A DNA stretch of 64,000 bases from Macrostomum lignano (Eukaryota), in assembly GCA_002269645.1 (NCBI GenBank), contig NIVC01001837.1, positions 124,001 through 188,000 on the forward strand, written 5' to 3'. Positions 34,835-51,170 of this stretch are shown here, piece after piece. The notes below the pieces were generated by a model that was given only the letters and a program-made list of their open reading frames with translations, ran no database searches and was not told the origin of the DNA. The position numbers and the translations under genes are program-made. Each line of letters opens with the position of its first letter. The first letter of the stretch is position 1.

Positions 34835-35699
34835 GAGCTCAATCTTACGCGCAGCTCAATCGCCACAGCTACAATTCAACTGTCAGCTTGGACAGACTTC
34901 TGTGCGATCCAGTTTCGGTCCATTTCCGAAGTTCGGTCGCCAATTGCCTGTCTACTCGCTTCCGCACACTATAGGCGCGGTCTCAGGCTTATTGCTGAAT
35001 ATGCCAATCAAAGTATTTTCCCGGAAATTCTTATACGGAATAGCATGTCACTCGTAGGAACCCCGAAATCCTCGGGTCTAATAAATAAATTTGAACAGAA
35101 ATCCATCGGCGTCCAGAATTCCAGCTGATTCGGTGCAGCCAAAACAAAAGAGTTGATTGCGGAACTTTTTATCAACCCCTTATACCATACTATATTGGCA
35201 TTTGAGACCAATTTAGTTCCTTCTTATACATACAGGTAGGAGCATGCCAACCCATTTGTCTGCGCTGACTGCAGATCTTAAGCGGTCATTTAAGGGCGTT
35301 TGAGGACCAGCGGCGGCCATGCGGCAATTTTGGTGGCAAGAAAGTCGGCCAGGATGCAGCTTTAGTGAAGATCGCTTCTGGATAAAATTATTTTAGCACC
35401 CTCTCTGCACCCGATCCCCGTCACATGGCATAGCAGCGTATCCCCGCGTGATTCCCAACGGTCAAGTCTTTTCGGCTCAAGATCGAATGATTGCAATGCT
35501 ACACTAAAGGCAGCTCGATCTACTACTGATCTACTACTAATCTACTAGCGTGTGCAATACAAGCCTGAAACTGGTAGTGTACTTGCTGCTGGTACAGATA
35601 CATGCATGCTACCGGTGCATGCCGTACAGTTTGTACATTTACATTTGTACATTTGTACATTTGTACATTTGTACACGTTACAGTTTGTACATTGTAACT

Positions 35700-36345
35700 A
35701 GTTGCTGTTGCGGCGAGTGTCGGCCTGATGGTCAACACGCGGAAAACCGTCGTGCTCTGCGTGCCGGACGACATCGAGGCTGCAATTTTATGCCGAGGCA
35801 CTGATGGACAGGCGACAGAGCTTCCGCGTCGTCAGCAGTTCGTCTACCTCGGCGGCCTGGGCTGCCTTTCGTTCTGTGAGGGCAGTCCTGCAGTCCGAGG
35901 CCTTACCTGACCGCCAGAGGGCGGCGTTGTTCCAGGCGGTGATCGAGACCGTCCAGCTGTACAACGCTGAGACATGGACGCTGACGGAGTCACTCGAGCA
36001 GCAAGTTGACGCGGCGCCGCTGGCCTGCTGCGCGCCGCCTTCAACATCGGCTACGAGCGAGTGACCAACGCGGCTTTGTATCGCCGCGCCGGCCTGGTCC
36101 GTCTACGCGACCTGTTGCGCCGTCGGCGACTCCAGCTGGCAGGCCACATCATCCGCGCCGAGTCGTACTGTCCAGAGCCGGTGCAGGAGGTGCTGCTGCT
36201 AACGCTGCAGGCACCCTACCGGCGGGGGCAGGCGCGCACTCGGCGTTTCGTCGACTGCCTACTGGCTGACGCCGGCGCCCAGGATTCGGCTGGCGGCGTG
36301 GCGTTCATTCGCGACCTGGCCTTGAAGCGCGCCCTGTGACGCTAA
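35700..36345 (+). mobile_element. 5'-truncated RTE-like LINE (RT thumb to C-terminus)
   Basis: GLMVNTRKT, FVYLGG, AWAAF, LFQAVIETVQLYNAETWTLT, LRRRRLQLAGHIIR; frameshifted. Confidence 0.88.
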
Positions 36346-36559
36346 ATGCGTATTCTGTTATTTTTTGTTCTGTTGTACTTTTTCATAAATTTAGTTTGCG
36401 GTATCAATTTTTTATACAGTCAAACTGTTTCATCTAAAAAAATAAACAAGGACTTCTAAACTGTATATGTAGACTTACGTGTAGTTTTAGTGAGTTTAAG
36501 TTATGATAGTTACCACCGCTGCTCCATCAGCTCAAGTATTTTTTCGAGCTCCTGGCAGA

Positions 36560-38975
36560 GCAGATCGATGACGTTGTTGCTGAAAAGACCCCGCGCACTC
36601 CCCTGTCAACGCGCCTAAACGCCAGCTCTACATCGCTTGTGGACCTGAAGTCGCAGCAACATCTGGTGTCGGTCAATCCGCGATTTCGCAAACCATGCAG
36701 ACTTCAAATTGGCGACCCTCGTCGGTTGCAAAAGGAGAAAGCGAAACGCGCGCGGTAATGTCACGACTCGCCGGGCCAAGCTCGACCACATTCTGGTTCG
36801 CTTACGCAACCGCGACCGCGACCGGTTGATCAACTGTAACACAACGGTTCCGCTGTCCATCTGGTCCGACCACCGCCTGCTTTTCTGCAAACTTCGCTTA
36901 CAGGATCCGCTCTACAGGCAACCAAAGCGACCACCACGCCGTTATTTGGAGCTCTGCAAGACCCTATCACCCGCAGCAAATTTTCTTACGCGTTTGCTGC
37001 TGCGCTGGGAAGTTCTGCGAGTCACCCTTGTGCTGCTATCAGCACTGCCGTAGCGGCAGCCACTGCCAAGACACTGTCTTTAATGCAACCAGCAGCCAGT
37101 AATCTCCCAGTCTGGGTGTCTGGCAAGGAAGTGCAGGAGGTGAGGCGGACATTGGAGAGGCTGCGACAGACAAGGCAGCCGACATTCGAAACCGAGAAAT
37201 CCCTGTCATCCCGGCACCCTGGCGTCCGACTTACGCGAGGTGCAAACTGCCGTCAAAGATGCCATCAGGTGCGTCAAATCTGCAGTAATGGACCTCGGGA
37301 GTCGGCTTGTCTTTCCCACTATGGATGCAAAAAAAAACACGGCGCTGAATCTGGCCGGCAACACCCCAAGAGCACGCAGAAACGAGCTGTGTGACTTCTT
37401 CGCCGGTATCGTGAACTCGCCACCGCCGACACTACCAGAAGATATGCCGCTGCCGCCTTAGACGGTACTGCCGTCGCACCCGTCGAAGCGCTGGAAATCC
37501 CGAGAGTTGCCACTGAGGTGGCTTAAGTGATGAATGACGTCCTTGCTGGAGGGGCCACGCCCCGCGAGCGGACGACAGCGCACAATCCCAAAAAAGCTGC
37601 GGACACTACCCGGAAAGAAGAGCATCTAGGGATCTCCCTCATGTCCTGTGCCGCGAAGTTGCTGAACCGAATGCTGTTAGCACGGTTGAAGCCTGTGCTA
37701 GATTCGTTTCTGCGCTTTGAACTGCGCAGCATCGCTCGCGGCGCTGTGACGCAGCTCCTTGAGCTCCGCCGTATCATCGAAGAGGTATCCACCAGTCTTG
37801 ACTGTAATCTTGACTGTATCCACCAGTCAAGTCTTGTTATCGTCTTCATAGACTTCCGCAAAACTTTCGAATCCGTGCTTGGCAACGCGCTGCCTCTTGT
37901 GCTTCGAGTGTATAGCGTACCACAGCAGTTGATTTCCGCCGTTATGGCGATGTACATGTATCAGGACACCACCGCTGTGGTAGTCACGCCAGACGGTTTG
38001 TCAGACGATCAGTTTGACACGTCTTCAGGCGTGCTTCAGGGTGAAACGCTGGAGCCTTGCCCTTTTCTATTTGTGCTGGTACTGGACCGGGTGCTGAGGA
38101 GCGACCTGCCTCAATCGGACGCCGGCAATGGCTTCCTGATTTCACGCCGCACGAGTCGGCAGCATTCGGAGAAGCGTCTCAAGTGTCTCAGTGTGCTCGG
38201 CTTCGCGGACGACCTTGCGTTTCTGTCTTTACATTCGAAGGCACCCAACGACTGTTGGATGGCTTGACAAAAGCTGCCGGCCTCACGCTGAACGCGCAGA
38301 AGACTGAAGTCTTCACTATGCCGCTGGACTTTACCTGCCGAGATCAGATGCTGCCGGGGATGAGACCCCGCTTCCACTCTGCCGGCATTTTGTGTACTCG
38401 GCGAACTCGTGCCGGACATCGCCAGCGACATGAGAAGGAGACTCGGGCTAGCCTGGGCGGTCGGTGCACTCGGTGCAGCAATCTGAGGCGCTGGATGGTA
38501 GGACCAGGGCTCAGCTGTTTTGGGCAATCGTCGAGACTGTCTTGCTCTACAATGCTGAGACCTGCATGGACCTTGACCTGGAAAAACAGCTGGACGCCGC
38601 GCACTCTACGATGCTGCTCTCTGCGTTCAGTGTGCGCTGCAGCCCGGGCTCGGAGTCCAACGTCGCGCTCTACGCCTTCTGATCTGCTACGCGAGATAAG
38701 ACTGGCTGGCTGGCCACGTCATCCGGTCGGAGGGTCGTTGCCGCGAGCCGTTACACGACCTGCTGTTTTGGACGGCCCGCGGAGACGACCCAGCAGGGCG
38801 AACGACGCGCTTCCCCGATCCGAGAGCCCCCAACATTTTATGTACACTGTGACTGAGGGAGATGACTTCTTGAGAAGTGCAGCCAAAAAGCTGCGTTCTG
38901 ACACCTCTCCCCTTGTGGCCACTCGTGGCCGCGGCGAGAGGTGTACATATGTACAAGCTATTGTTGTTGTTGTCA
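36560..38975 (+). mobile_element. Degenerate RTE-like LINE (APE endonuclease end, RT, C-terminus)
   Basis: LDHILV...SDHRLL (APE), GISLMSCAAKLLNRMLL.RL, FIDFRKTFES, GVLQGETL.PFLF, GFADDL, LLYNAET; multiple stops and frameshifts; (TTG)n near 38960. Confidence 0.9.
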
Positions 38976-39928
38976 TCATTTTTTTTGTTACGTACGCAGT
39001 CATACGCAGAGATACACACTCACACAGGAATGTAGAGTGGCCTTAACTTTTTATTATATTTAACTTTAAGCTAGGAATGTACAGTTATACATTACTGTTG
39101 TACACGATGACTTTCTTCGTACGAAGAACAAATTAATCAAAGACTTACTAGCTGCTGTACTTAACAGCTTAAAATCACCGATACTGTATAAAAAGACTAT
39201 GTATATGCAGCGGTTCGCAAATTACAGAAAAATGAATGCAGTGGCTAGGCACAGCTATCATCCTATCATTGGTATAAGTCATACCAATGCCGTTTATGTA
39301 TAGCGAGAGTCATGTGATGTTGCTGCGAGGGTTATGTGCTGCCAAGGACGACTCATGTAGAAGGACGGGAGACCTCACTTCTCAGAAAACGTTTTGGGTG
39401 CTGGTTTTGCGCGAAAACTGCAAGATGAAACTTTTCATCCTTTGGGTACAAACTTGCGATACTTCGAATGGATGCAGATCGAAATATCATGTTTTAGTAT
39501 AACGAAAGTTCTATTTTAGTAATACATGCATTCTTATACAAAAAATAAAATAATTTTTTTAACAATCCACCTATGTAATCAACGATGCAACATAATAAAT
39601 TGCTTTACTGATACGTTTCTATGAAAAACCATTGGAGTATTGAAATTTAAACTAGTGTCATGAGCTCGTTTCTAAGAATTGTTTAAAGTTTGTATTCGTA
39701 GTTTTATGCAGGCACACTTACAGTAAATCAGGTTTGAAATCTATCTCATATTCCGTATATAATATTAGAGACAAATTTGAAAATTTTACTAGGGGCATAA
39801 ATAGTTTTGAATACTGTATAGTGGTACATTCGAAAATTCCGTTTCTGCGTCAGCTTCTAGATTGTATTGTATAGGCCTAAAACTAGCTAGACGTAGGCTA
39901 GGCGTACACAAGATACAAATTCATTGAA

Positions 39929-40101
39929 ATGAACACTGTCGTGGCAATGCATTTATTTTCTGCTCTGGAACTCCTATCAGGACTTATTTTCTTTCCTTTA
40001 TTGTTTTATATTTGCGTTTCTTTTCTTCGGCGATACAAGGATACACCTATTTGGAAAAGTCGAACTCTTTCTGATATTGACTGTTACGATATTTCAATCA
40101 A
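39929..40101 (+). CDS. TLCD3: TLC-domain protein (TLCD3/FAM57-like), exon 1
   Basis: MNTVVAMHLFSALELLSGLIFFPLLFYICVSFLRRY...DISI, AA|gtaagt, phase 2, matching exon 2; G.IFFP.LF resembles the FAM57 N-terminus. Confidence 0.65.
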
Positions 40102-41591
40102 GTAAGTTATTTAAATATTTTATGGAAAAATTATCCAGAAAAAAATCTTTTTGAAGCAAAGCTCAAGGTCTATATTGTTTGATGTATATTAATTCAACTG
40201 TTATGACTGTCTATGTCTAGGCATAGCCTTTGAAACCCTTATAAATGCCTAGGCCCTAGGCTAGGTCTAAACTGTAAGGCCAGATACTTTACTAAACTCT
40301 AATAGGCCTAAGGTGGCAATATTGCTCTGCTCAGACTCAGATGACATGGCTAGCTAGCTATAGATGCCAGATATATAGCAGTTAGCTTGGTAGGATAGCT
40401 AGGCCCAAGAGTAAATAGGCCTATAGCCTAAGCTAAGCATGTTATCACTAATGTTGGTAGTGGCGCCAGTTGGTAAGCCATGGACAATGAAGGTGGCTTG
40501 CAGAAGTCTAGCATGAGTGGCACTAAGTTGCCACTTGTAGGCTATTCAGTGTCTATATTTTGACATTATAAAAGAGGATAGTTTCTATGACTAGGCCTAC
40601 CTCAAGAAGTTGCTTTCTCAGCCAACCTAGTAGCGCAAGGCCATAATGCAGAAAGATGTCTGTGTATGATAGAACATAAATTTAAATTTTAGCTTATTGT
40701 ACAACAATACAACAGGGATTAAAAAATAAGTACTTCTGGTATATGATAGGATAAGATAGGAATAAACATGAGAATAATTGTTTTTAAAACAATATTCTAA
40801 AAAGTGCAAAGTAAAACAACAATTATATTGTAATTTACTGACTGCACACAATACACATCAGTTGGGAAACAAAAAAAATTTCTAATACATGAATTTTGAT
40901 TTCATGGTTTTTCTTTTGTTGGCAATAGTGCCATGGTGAATGAGTTTTAAATATGGAATTGACTTACAAACTACATTGGTTAATGAAAAAATACTTTGCA
41001 ATGTATGACTCATGTATATCTGTATGATGGTTGTCATACAAGTGTGGACCAACTATACGATAATGTACAATATAGCACCCCCAAAAAAGCAATGTATGAT
41101 ATGTGCAACAGATGATCCTTGTGTACAATAGAAATTTCTGTCATATACCCATCTTTAGGGGGGCCTTAGCCCAACATTCTAGCGCAGGCTCTGTGCTAGC
41201 AACCTAGGCTTGATTCCAAGTGCAGTCACATTAATTTGGGGCTGAATTGGAATTGCAGCTTGGCTTTGCTTGTGCAATTAACGGCTTTGAGAGCCAACCC
41301 CCCAAGGCGCAGTGAAGTGTATATGCCTAACAATAAAATAAAGTTAGGGCCGCTGTATACTCCTATGTGAGTATGTGCCTGTATATGTATCTGCGCACTT
41401 GTATGCCTGCTTAGGGGAGTTGGCAGAATGGCCAGTAATGCCTCTCGCCAGTTGTGTGCCTATGTTGCTTAAAGTGCACCAGGGTGCACACAACCCCCCT
41501 GCCTCTAATAAAAAAATACCCATCCTTCCACACTATGGGCATGAGGTACTATAGGACAATCTGCATAATATAGAATCCATAGTTTGGATCA

Positions 41592-44617
<3,026 letters not shown>

Positions 44618-44620
44618 TCT

Positions 44621-44643
44621 TCTCTACCTATAAAAATCAAAAC

Positions 44644-44676
<33 letters not shown>

Positions 44677-46675
44677 GGACAAATTACTTCGCTATGGACT
44701 CCCAAACCGCTCAACCAAATGACACCAAACTTTACACCCACCCTAAACTTACTACGGAGAATGTCTTAGGCTACCTTTAAATTTCCTAGACTCAAGTCTT
44801 CCTACCTAAAAGTACAAAAAACTGCTCAAAATGCGCGATTTTTTCACTTAATCCTCCATAGCGCCGCTCCACTTCTACCGATTCTCTTCAAATTTGACAC
44901 AGATAATCTTTAACTATTTTGGCACAATCATGTAAAATTTTGAGTCTCAAAGTTAATCCTGAGCGGTGCTGTGCACTTTTAAAGTTAGGCTGTTTTTTTC
45001 AGCGTAGCAACCACCCCAACCTCCGCCCGCCTGCCTCTCTTTCCCGATCCCGATCTGGGCCCAGATGTGTAAAATGGGTTTCAAAATTGACTAACTTTCA
45101 GCTGCCATAAGTTTGCTCCACGTGAAGCGATTGACTTTAAGCTTCACACAATTCTTCATTGACTCATTCTCTGTCTAAATGTAGAGTTACAACTCTCTAA
45201 CTCTTTCAGAAAAGAAACTGTAAGCGTGTGAAGTTTGTCTGCTTTTTCTGTTGTTTGTGCCACTCACTCACTCATTCCCCCAGAGCCAGACGAAGGATCA
45301 GGCGATAGGACTGAATGTACATAGCAAATGTACAGTGTTTTGGAATAACTTTTTTATAGCCTTCTCGCACCCCGAGAGTGGAGAGGCTAGGTTTAGCCAT
45401 AACAGTTTAATTAGTGAGAAATTCTAATCACTGCCCTCCCCTCCTCTGTATTGGCAAACTCTGCAGCAGTTTAACAGTGGATGGCAATTGGCAGATCGAG
45501 GGAATCCAGCAAAAAAGCGAAAGCGAAAAGCGGTTTGTAAAAGCGAAAGATTTATGAAAAGGCGATGCGATGCAATGCAATACAACCCTACTAAATTAGG
45601 CACACCCATGGAAATTTTAGGTTTCTTTTAAAGGTAGTGTGTAAATTTTAAATGGCCTCCTAAGAAATGCGTATTTCCTTGGTTGTTAGACTGATGCAGA
45701 CTGCAGTGGAGCTGAAAATACAAAAATTCCTTTCAGGGCTGCAAATTGGCAAGAAAGATGACGTGATCAAAGCATGAGAACAACGATGAGAGTAGTACGT
45801 CCCACAAACTGGCTTTCGAAGCAGGGATCGGCAGACTTTTACTTCAAAAGCCAGAAAAAGAATCCAGCTTATGTGCGGGCCAGATGAGAGTGGAAAGGAG
45901 AAGGAATAGACTATTTAGAAGAGAGGAGAGGCGAGAGGGGGATAAAGAAAACATGGAAGATAAGAGGGGAGACAAGTGGTGAGGAGAGAGCAGAGAAGAA
46001 GGGAGGAAGAAGCGAGAGGAGGGGAGAAAGGAGGGAGAGGAAAGAGTAAATGTGAGAAGAGAGGAGAGATGAGACAGAGGATCGATGAGAGGAGAATAGA
46101 GAAGAGTGAGAAGAGAGTAGAGATGAGTAAATGTGAGAAGAGGGTAGAGATGAGACAGAGGATCGATGAGAGGAGAATAGAGAAGAGTGAGAAGAGAGAA
46201 GATATGAGAGAGCAGAAAGAAGATGACAGAGGGTCAAGAGGAGAGGAGAGATTAGAGAGGAGAGAGTAGAAAGGATAGAGAAGAAATGAGATAAGAGGGG
46301 GAGAGAGGAGTGAGAAGAGAAGAGATAGAGATAAGAGAGGGGTGTAAGAAGAGGGGAGAAAGGAGAGATGAGATTGTAGAGATGAGACAGATTAAAGGAG
46401 AGATGAGAGAGTAAAGATGAGAGATGAAAAAGGTGAGAGGAGAGTGCAGAGAGACGAGAGCAGACAAGAGAGGGAGACAGTATAGAAGAGGGAAGAGAAG
46501 AGAAGAGGAGAGGAGAAAGGAGAAAGGAAAGAGAGGAGTCAGAAGAGGTGAAAGAGAAGAGTACAGAGGAGATAAGTGAGAGAACGTATAAGAGAGTAAA
46601 GATGACAGATGAGAGAGAAGAGATGAGGGTGAACAGACGAGAGACGGGAGAGGAGAGATAAGAGAGAGAGAGAGG

Positions 46676-46714
<39 letters not shown>

Positions 46715-47636
46715 GAGCAGAGAGAAACGAGAAGAGATAAGAGAGAAAAGATAAAAGAAGAGAAAGGAGAGATGAAAGAGCAGACGAGAGAGAAGAGAGG
46801 TGAGGGAAAAGACGAGCGACGAGGGGAGAGAGAAGAGATAAAACAAGAAAAGAGATAAAAGGAAAGAGAGAGAGGAAAGAGGTGAGGGAAGAGACGAGAG
46901 AAGAGGGGAGAGATGAGAGAGAGAGGAAAGAGGAGAGAGGAGAGATGAGAGAGTAAAGGAGAGAGTTAAGAGATGAGAAAAAAGAATAGAGAGGAGAAGG
47001 AAGAGACGAGAGAAGAGGGGGAGAGAGGAGAGAGGAGAGGAGAGAGAAAAGAAGAGGGAAGAGATAAGATAAGAGATATGAAAGAGAAGAAAGATGAGGG
47101 AGGATACGAAAGAAGATGGGAGAGAGGAGAGAGGAGAGGAGAGGAGAGAGAAAACAAAAGAGTTGAGAGGAGAGAGGAGAGCAGAGAGAAAACGAAAAGT
47201 AGAAAGGAGAGAGGAGAGGAGAGAGAAAAGAATAGGGAAGAGATGAGGGAAGATACGAGAGAAGAGAGGAGAGAAGAGAGAGGAAAGAGTAGAGACGAGG
47301 GATGAGAGAGAAGAAAGGAAACAGAAGAGACGATAGAAATTTTAAAGGATCCAAGGGACATAGGGAGAGTCAGGGAGAGGCCAGAGTTTGCCAATACATG
47401 TTTTAGAGTCAGACAGACATTGCCTGACATTCTGCGGAGTACCCCCAGCCAACAATATCAATGTTTGCCTCAAACCCTAATTTTACACGAATGTGCTCCA
47501 TTTTATGTCCACCTCTATCTTACTAACTATTAACAAGTTTTTGTTTGTGTATTGCCTTAGATTTCAGAATACATGCAAAAGTAGTTCCAGGGATTGGAAT
47601 TCCCCGGGTTCAAAATCCGCGGGTTTCAACAGCTTG
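44621..47636 (+). mobile_element. Non-autonomous Helitron-like element, unit 2 (head-to-tail with unit 1)
   Basis: Same 5' end with (tgtc)n, same 3' hairpin and CTTG|t; colinear with unit 1; GA tract ~45890-47335. Confidence 0.7.
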
Positions 47637-47655
47637 TGTATTAATATATGCTGGG

Positions 47656-47820
47656 CATACATGCACAACCTTGGGAATCACTTGGCCATTTCTATTGGCA
47701 ACACACACATGTAAGTCGCTATTGGCTGAGAGCAGTCATGTGACTACTATTCCATTCAATAGTGACTTACATGTGTGTGTTGCCAATAGAAATGGCCAGG
47801 TGAATCCCTAGGTTGCACCC
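47656..47820. mobile_element. Short foldback MITE with a family-A-like left terminus
   Basis: Begins catacatgcacaac; ~60-bp inverted arms (ggccatttctattggcaacacacacatgtaagtc and its reverse complement). Confidence 0.75.
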
Positions 47821-47866
47821 AAGCATGATGCTGGGTATGGTAAGGGAAAAAGTATAGGACACCACA

Positions 47867-48153
47867 CATACATGCGCAACCTCCAAAATTTGGTCGGCAG
47901 TGCGACTTAGTTTTAACAAAAATGCGACGTAGTTTTTGGCCAAAAATGCGACTTACATGAAAAAAACCTGAAAGCAAAATTAACGCAACTTTGGGTAAAC
48001 GGCAGGAGTAACTATCACTGTCTTTATTAAGGCAAAATGCTTCGTCAGCTACTTAATACTACTTTGGTATTTATTTGGGTGGGCATTTTTGCAACTTACC
48101 TTGGTTGGCCGCCAAATCAGTCGTCCATATCGGCCAACTATTGTGCATGTATG
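47867..48153. mobile_element. MITE family A copy
   Basis: catacatgcgcaac...ttgtgcatgtatg, colinear with 16403-16699; no TSD recognisable. Confidence 0.88.
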
Positions 48154-48879
48154 GTTTTGACTCTTGTCATTCCTAATCGTATTTGTACCCCATGTGGCAC
48201 TAGAACAGTACACTTGACACGGAGTGTTTTAGGCATGATTGTACAGTGTAAGGTTGCAAAAGTGGGGAGTGGCAGAGATACATATGTATATATAGCTGTA
48301 TGAGTATGATGGCATAAGCTAAGGCTAAGTCAATGCATGCAGCGATAAAAGCAGTCTGTAAAGCCAAATAGTGAAAGTTAACCTTAACTTATAGCACCTT
48401 GGCAGCCTATGCTGTCTGCCTGCATCTGATACGAGCATATAACTAAACTACCAAGGCAATTGGTTGTATTTACACTTACTTTTTGTACATCAATTGGTAA
48501 AGGTAAGGGCTTTTAAATGTTTTATTTTAAATGTGTCACCACATTTGTATGCTAGGATTAAAAAAATGTTTTCAACTTTGTATGCCAAAGTTGTAGGCTT
48601 TTTTCATTCTTGAATGTATTATTCATGCAGAATAACAAACTTAAAAATTATGCACTTTTGCAATGTGCACTGAGAAAAGACAATTATAAAATAAGTATTT
48701 ATTGAGAAATATTTGCTAAATATTAGCAAGTGCCCTACACTATTCTATGTTGTTAACAATGCTTGGCATTAGACCACTAAGGTGGATAAACTCTTCATTA
48801 AGAAAGAAATGCTGCCTGCCTATTTATACAGTGACAGTAGATCTTAGCTAAGAGGTCTATTGGTATAGTCAGTGGTTCC

Positions 48880-49500
48880 ATAAGAATTGCCCATAGACAA
48901 ATTGCCCATCAAGATTTGCCCACCAAGCTTTTCTTAGCAAGATTTGCCTGCAGTGCATTTTCCCATGAGCAAATTGCCTGCAAGTGAATTGCCCATCAAG
49001 TTTTTTCCAGCCAAGGTTTGCCTGCAAATGTTTTTCCTGCAGTGCATTTAGCCACATGGCAGATTTTGTCTGCATTGCCCTCTAGCACTTAGTAAGTTTT
49101 AATAAAGAGATTTACCTTATCAAACATTTTGATAATAACTGCATATAAAATTTGTATTTTTCTTGTAGTTATTTAGTTCTATATACATGCAGGGGTAAAT
49201 CAATGAGCTACTAATTCACGCATATGCCATCTTGCTTTGTCCCCAAATGTCTTTATTAAGACTTAATGCTGTATTATAAGCATTGGGGATGGGGGCAATG
49301 TGGACAGAATCTAGTTGCCACATGGCTAAATGTGCTGGCATAGGAAAAAACATTTGTAGGCAAACCTTGGTGGGAAAACTTGGTGGGCAGTTTGCTTGCT
49401 GGCAATTCTTTTATGGGCAAATCTCTATAGGCAATTCACTTATAGGCAAAATGCATTGTGGGCAAATCTTGGCAAGCAATTTGTTTGCAGGCAAATCTTA
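48880..49500. mobile_element. Degenerate foldback element with arms built of ~15-bp subrepeats
   Basis: aattgccc/tttgcc repeats at 48880-49080 mirrored by gggcaa/ggcaaa repeats at 49290-49500; catttagccacatggca versus tgccacatggctaaatg. Confidence 0.6.
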
Positions 49501-49869
49501 ATTTTTAAAAAGAATTTTATTTTTTCTGCAAAACAGTAACTTGGATCCCTTTGTGATTAAGGCAGCTATGTGCATTGGAACACAAAATTTCAAGGTTAGA
49601 ATGAATAATCCTATTGTATGTTTTTTCTATAAGAGTTTCCTATAGGAATTTTTCCTATAGCCTAAAAATATAAAGCCTTTAGAAACATTGATGTGGTAAC
49701 CAGCTTTAGTAGCATTTATATTCTACAGCAATTAAAAAGACTTACTGGTTAGCCATGTTGAATTTGGTTTCAATGGTGTTATATTATTGTATGCAAATTG
49801 TAATAATGGCAATAATTACAGTTACAATAACAAATTACAATATTATAACATCTATCTTTGCCACAACAG

Positions 49870-49959
49870 AATAGTTACGGCTGTCTACTCGCTTATGACC
49901 TTCGCTGCTGGGCTTATCAGTGTCCTGTGCCTGCGCAACAATGATCTTGTTAGGGATCG
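49870..49959 (+). CDS. TLCD3: TLCD3/FAM57-like exon 2
   Basis: caacag| and CG|gtaaga; IVTAVYSLMTFAAGLISVLCLRNNDLVRDR. Confidence 0.75.
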
Positions 49960-50030
49960 GTAAGAGCTGCTGTGCTTGCAAACTGTTAACCTTCACTTTT
50001 GCGTGTATGATTTGAGTCACCTAAAGATTA

Positions 50031-50778
50031 GGGTAGATGTGGCAGCCCAAACCTGAGGGTTAGGGTAGGTGTGGCAGCCTAAACCTGAGGATTAGGGTAT
50101 GGGTGTGGCAGCCCAAACCTGAGGATTAGGGTAGGTGTGGCAGCCCAAACCTGAGGATTAGGGTAGATGTGGCAGCCCAAACCTGAGGGTTAGGGTAGGT
50201 GTGGCAGCCCAAACCTGAGGATTAGGGTAGGTGTGGCAGCCCAAACCTGAGGATTAGGGTATAGGTGTGGCAGCCTAAACCTGAGAATTAGGGTAGGTGT
50301 GGCAGCCCAAACCTGAGGATTAGGGTATAGGTGTGGCAGCCCAAACCTGAGGATTAGGGTAAGGTGTGGCAGCCTAAACCTTAGGGTATAGGTGTGGCAG
50401 CCCAAACCTGAGGGTTAGGGTAGGTGTGGCAGCCTAAACCTGAGGATTAGGGTAGGTGTGGCAGCCCAAACCTGAGGATTAGGGTATAGGTGTGGCAGCC
50501 CAAACCTGAGGATTAGGGTATAGGTGTGACAACTAAACCTGAGGATTAGGGTATAGGTGTGGCAGCCCAAACCTGAGGATTAGGGTAGGTGTGGCAGCCT
50601 AAACCTTAGGGTATAGGTGTGGCAGCCCAAACCTGAGGGTTAGGGTAGGTGTGGCAGCCCAAACCTGAGAATTAGGGTATAGGTGTGGCAGCCCAAACCT
50701 GAGGATTAGGGTATAGGTGTGGCAGCCCAAACCTGAGGATTAGGGTATAGGTGTGGCAGCTCAAACCTGAGGATTAGG
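50031..50778. repeat. 31-34 bp minisatellite filling TLCD3 intron 2; each unit contains TTAGGG
   Basis: ggtgtggcagcccaaacctgaggattagggta(ta) units. Confidence 0.95.
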
Positions 50779-50839
50779 GGTGCCTACTAAGTTAAAAGGT
50801 ATAAAAAAGCAAAAAGTAAGTCCCCCTCCCCATTCGCAG

Positions 50840-51035
50840 GTTCTGGCTGGTGTCATTCTGGGTGTGCTTCGGGTTCGGCTATTACGCCTACGACTCGGTG
50901 ATGAAGCCCTACTGCTTCGGGATGGATTCCAACGAGCGCGGGGGGCTGCGTGTGCTGCGGAGTTATTCGAAGAACCAGCCAATGATGCTGACTCACCACC
51001 TGCTTATCATGCTGGTTTATTATCCAACCCTTTTG
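50840..51035 (+). CDS. TLCD3: TLCD3/FAM57-like exon 3
   Basis: tcgcag| and |gtgagc; GYYAYDS and MMLTHHLLIML (the TLC-domain HH motif). Confidence 0.85.
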
Positions 51036-51170
51036 GTGAGCTAGCTGGCTTTGTAGACTTTCACTGAGCTTTGGAAATATCTTGTTTTAACTTTTATTTG
51101 CAAATCCATTGTCTGCAATGTGTCCGTCCCGTTTGGTTTAACAGTCCCTGGTCGATTTCAGTCAGTAGTC

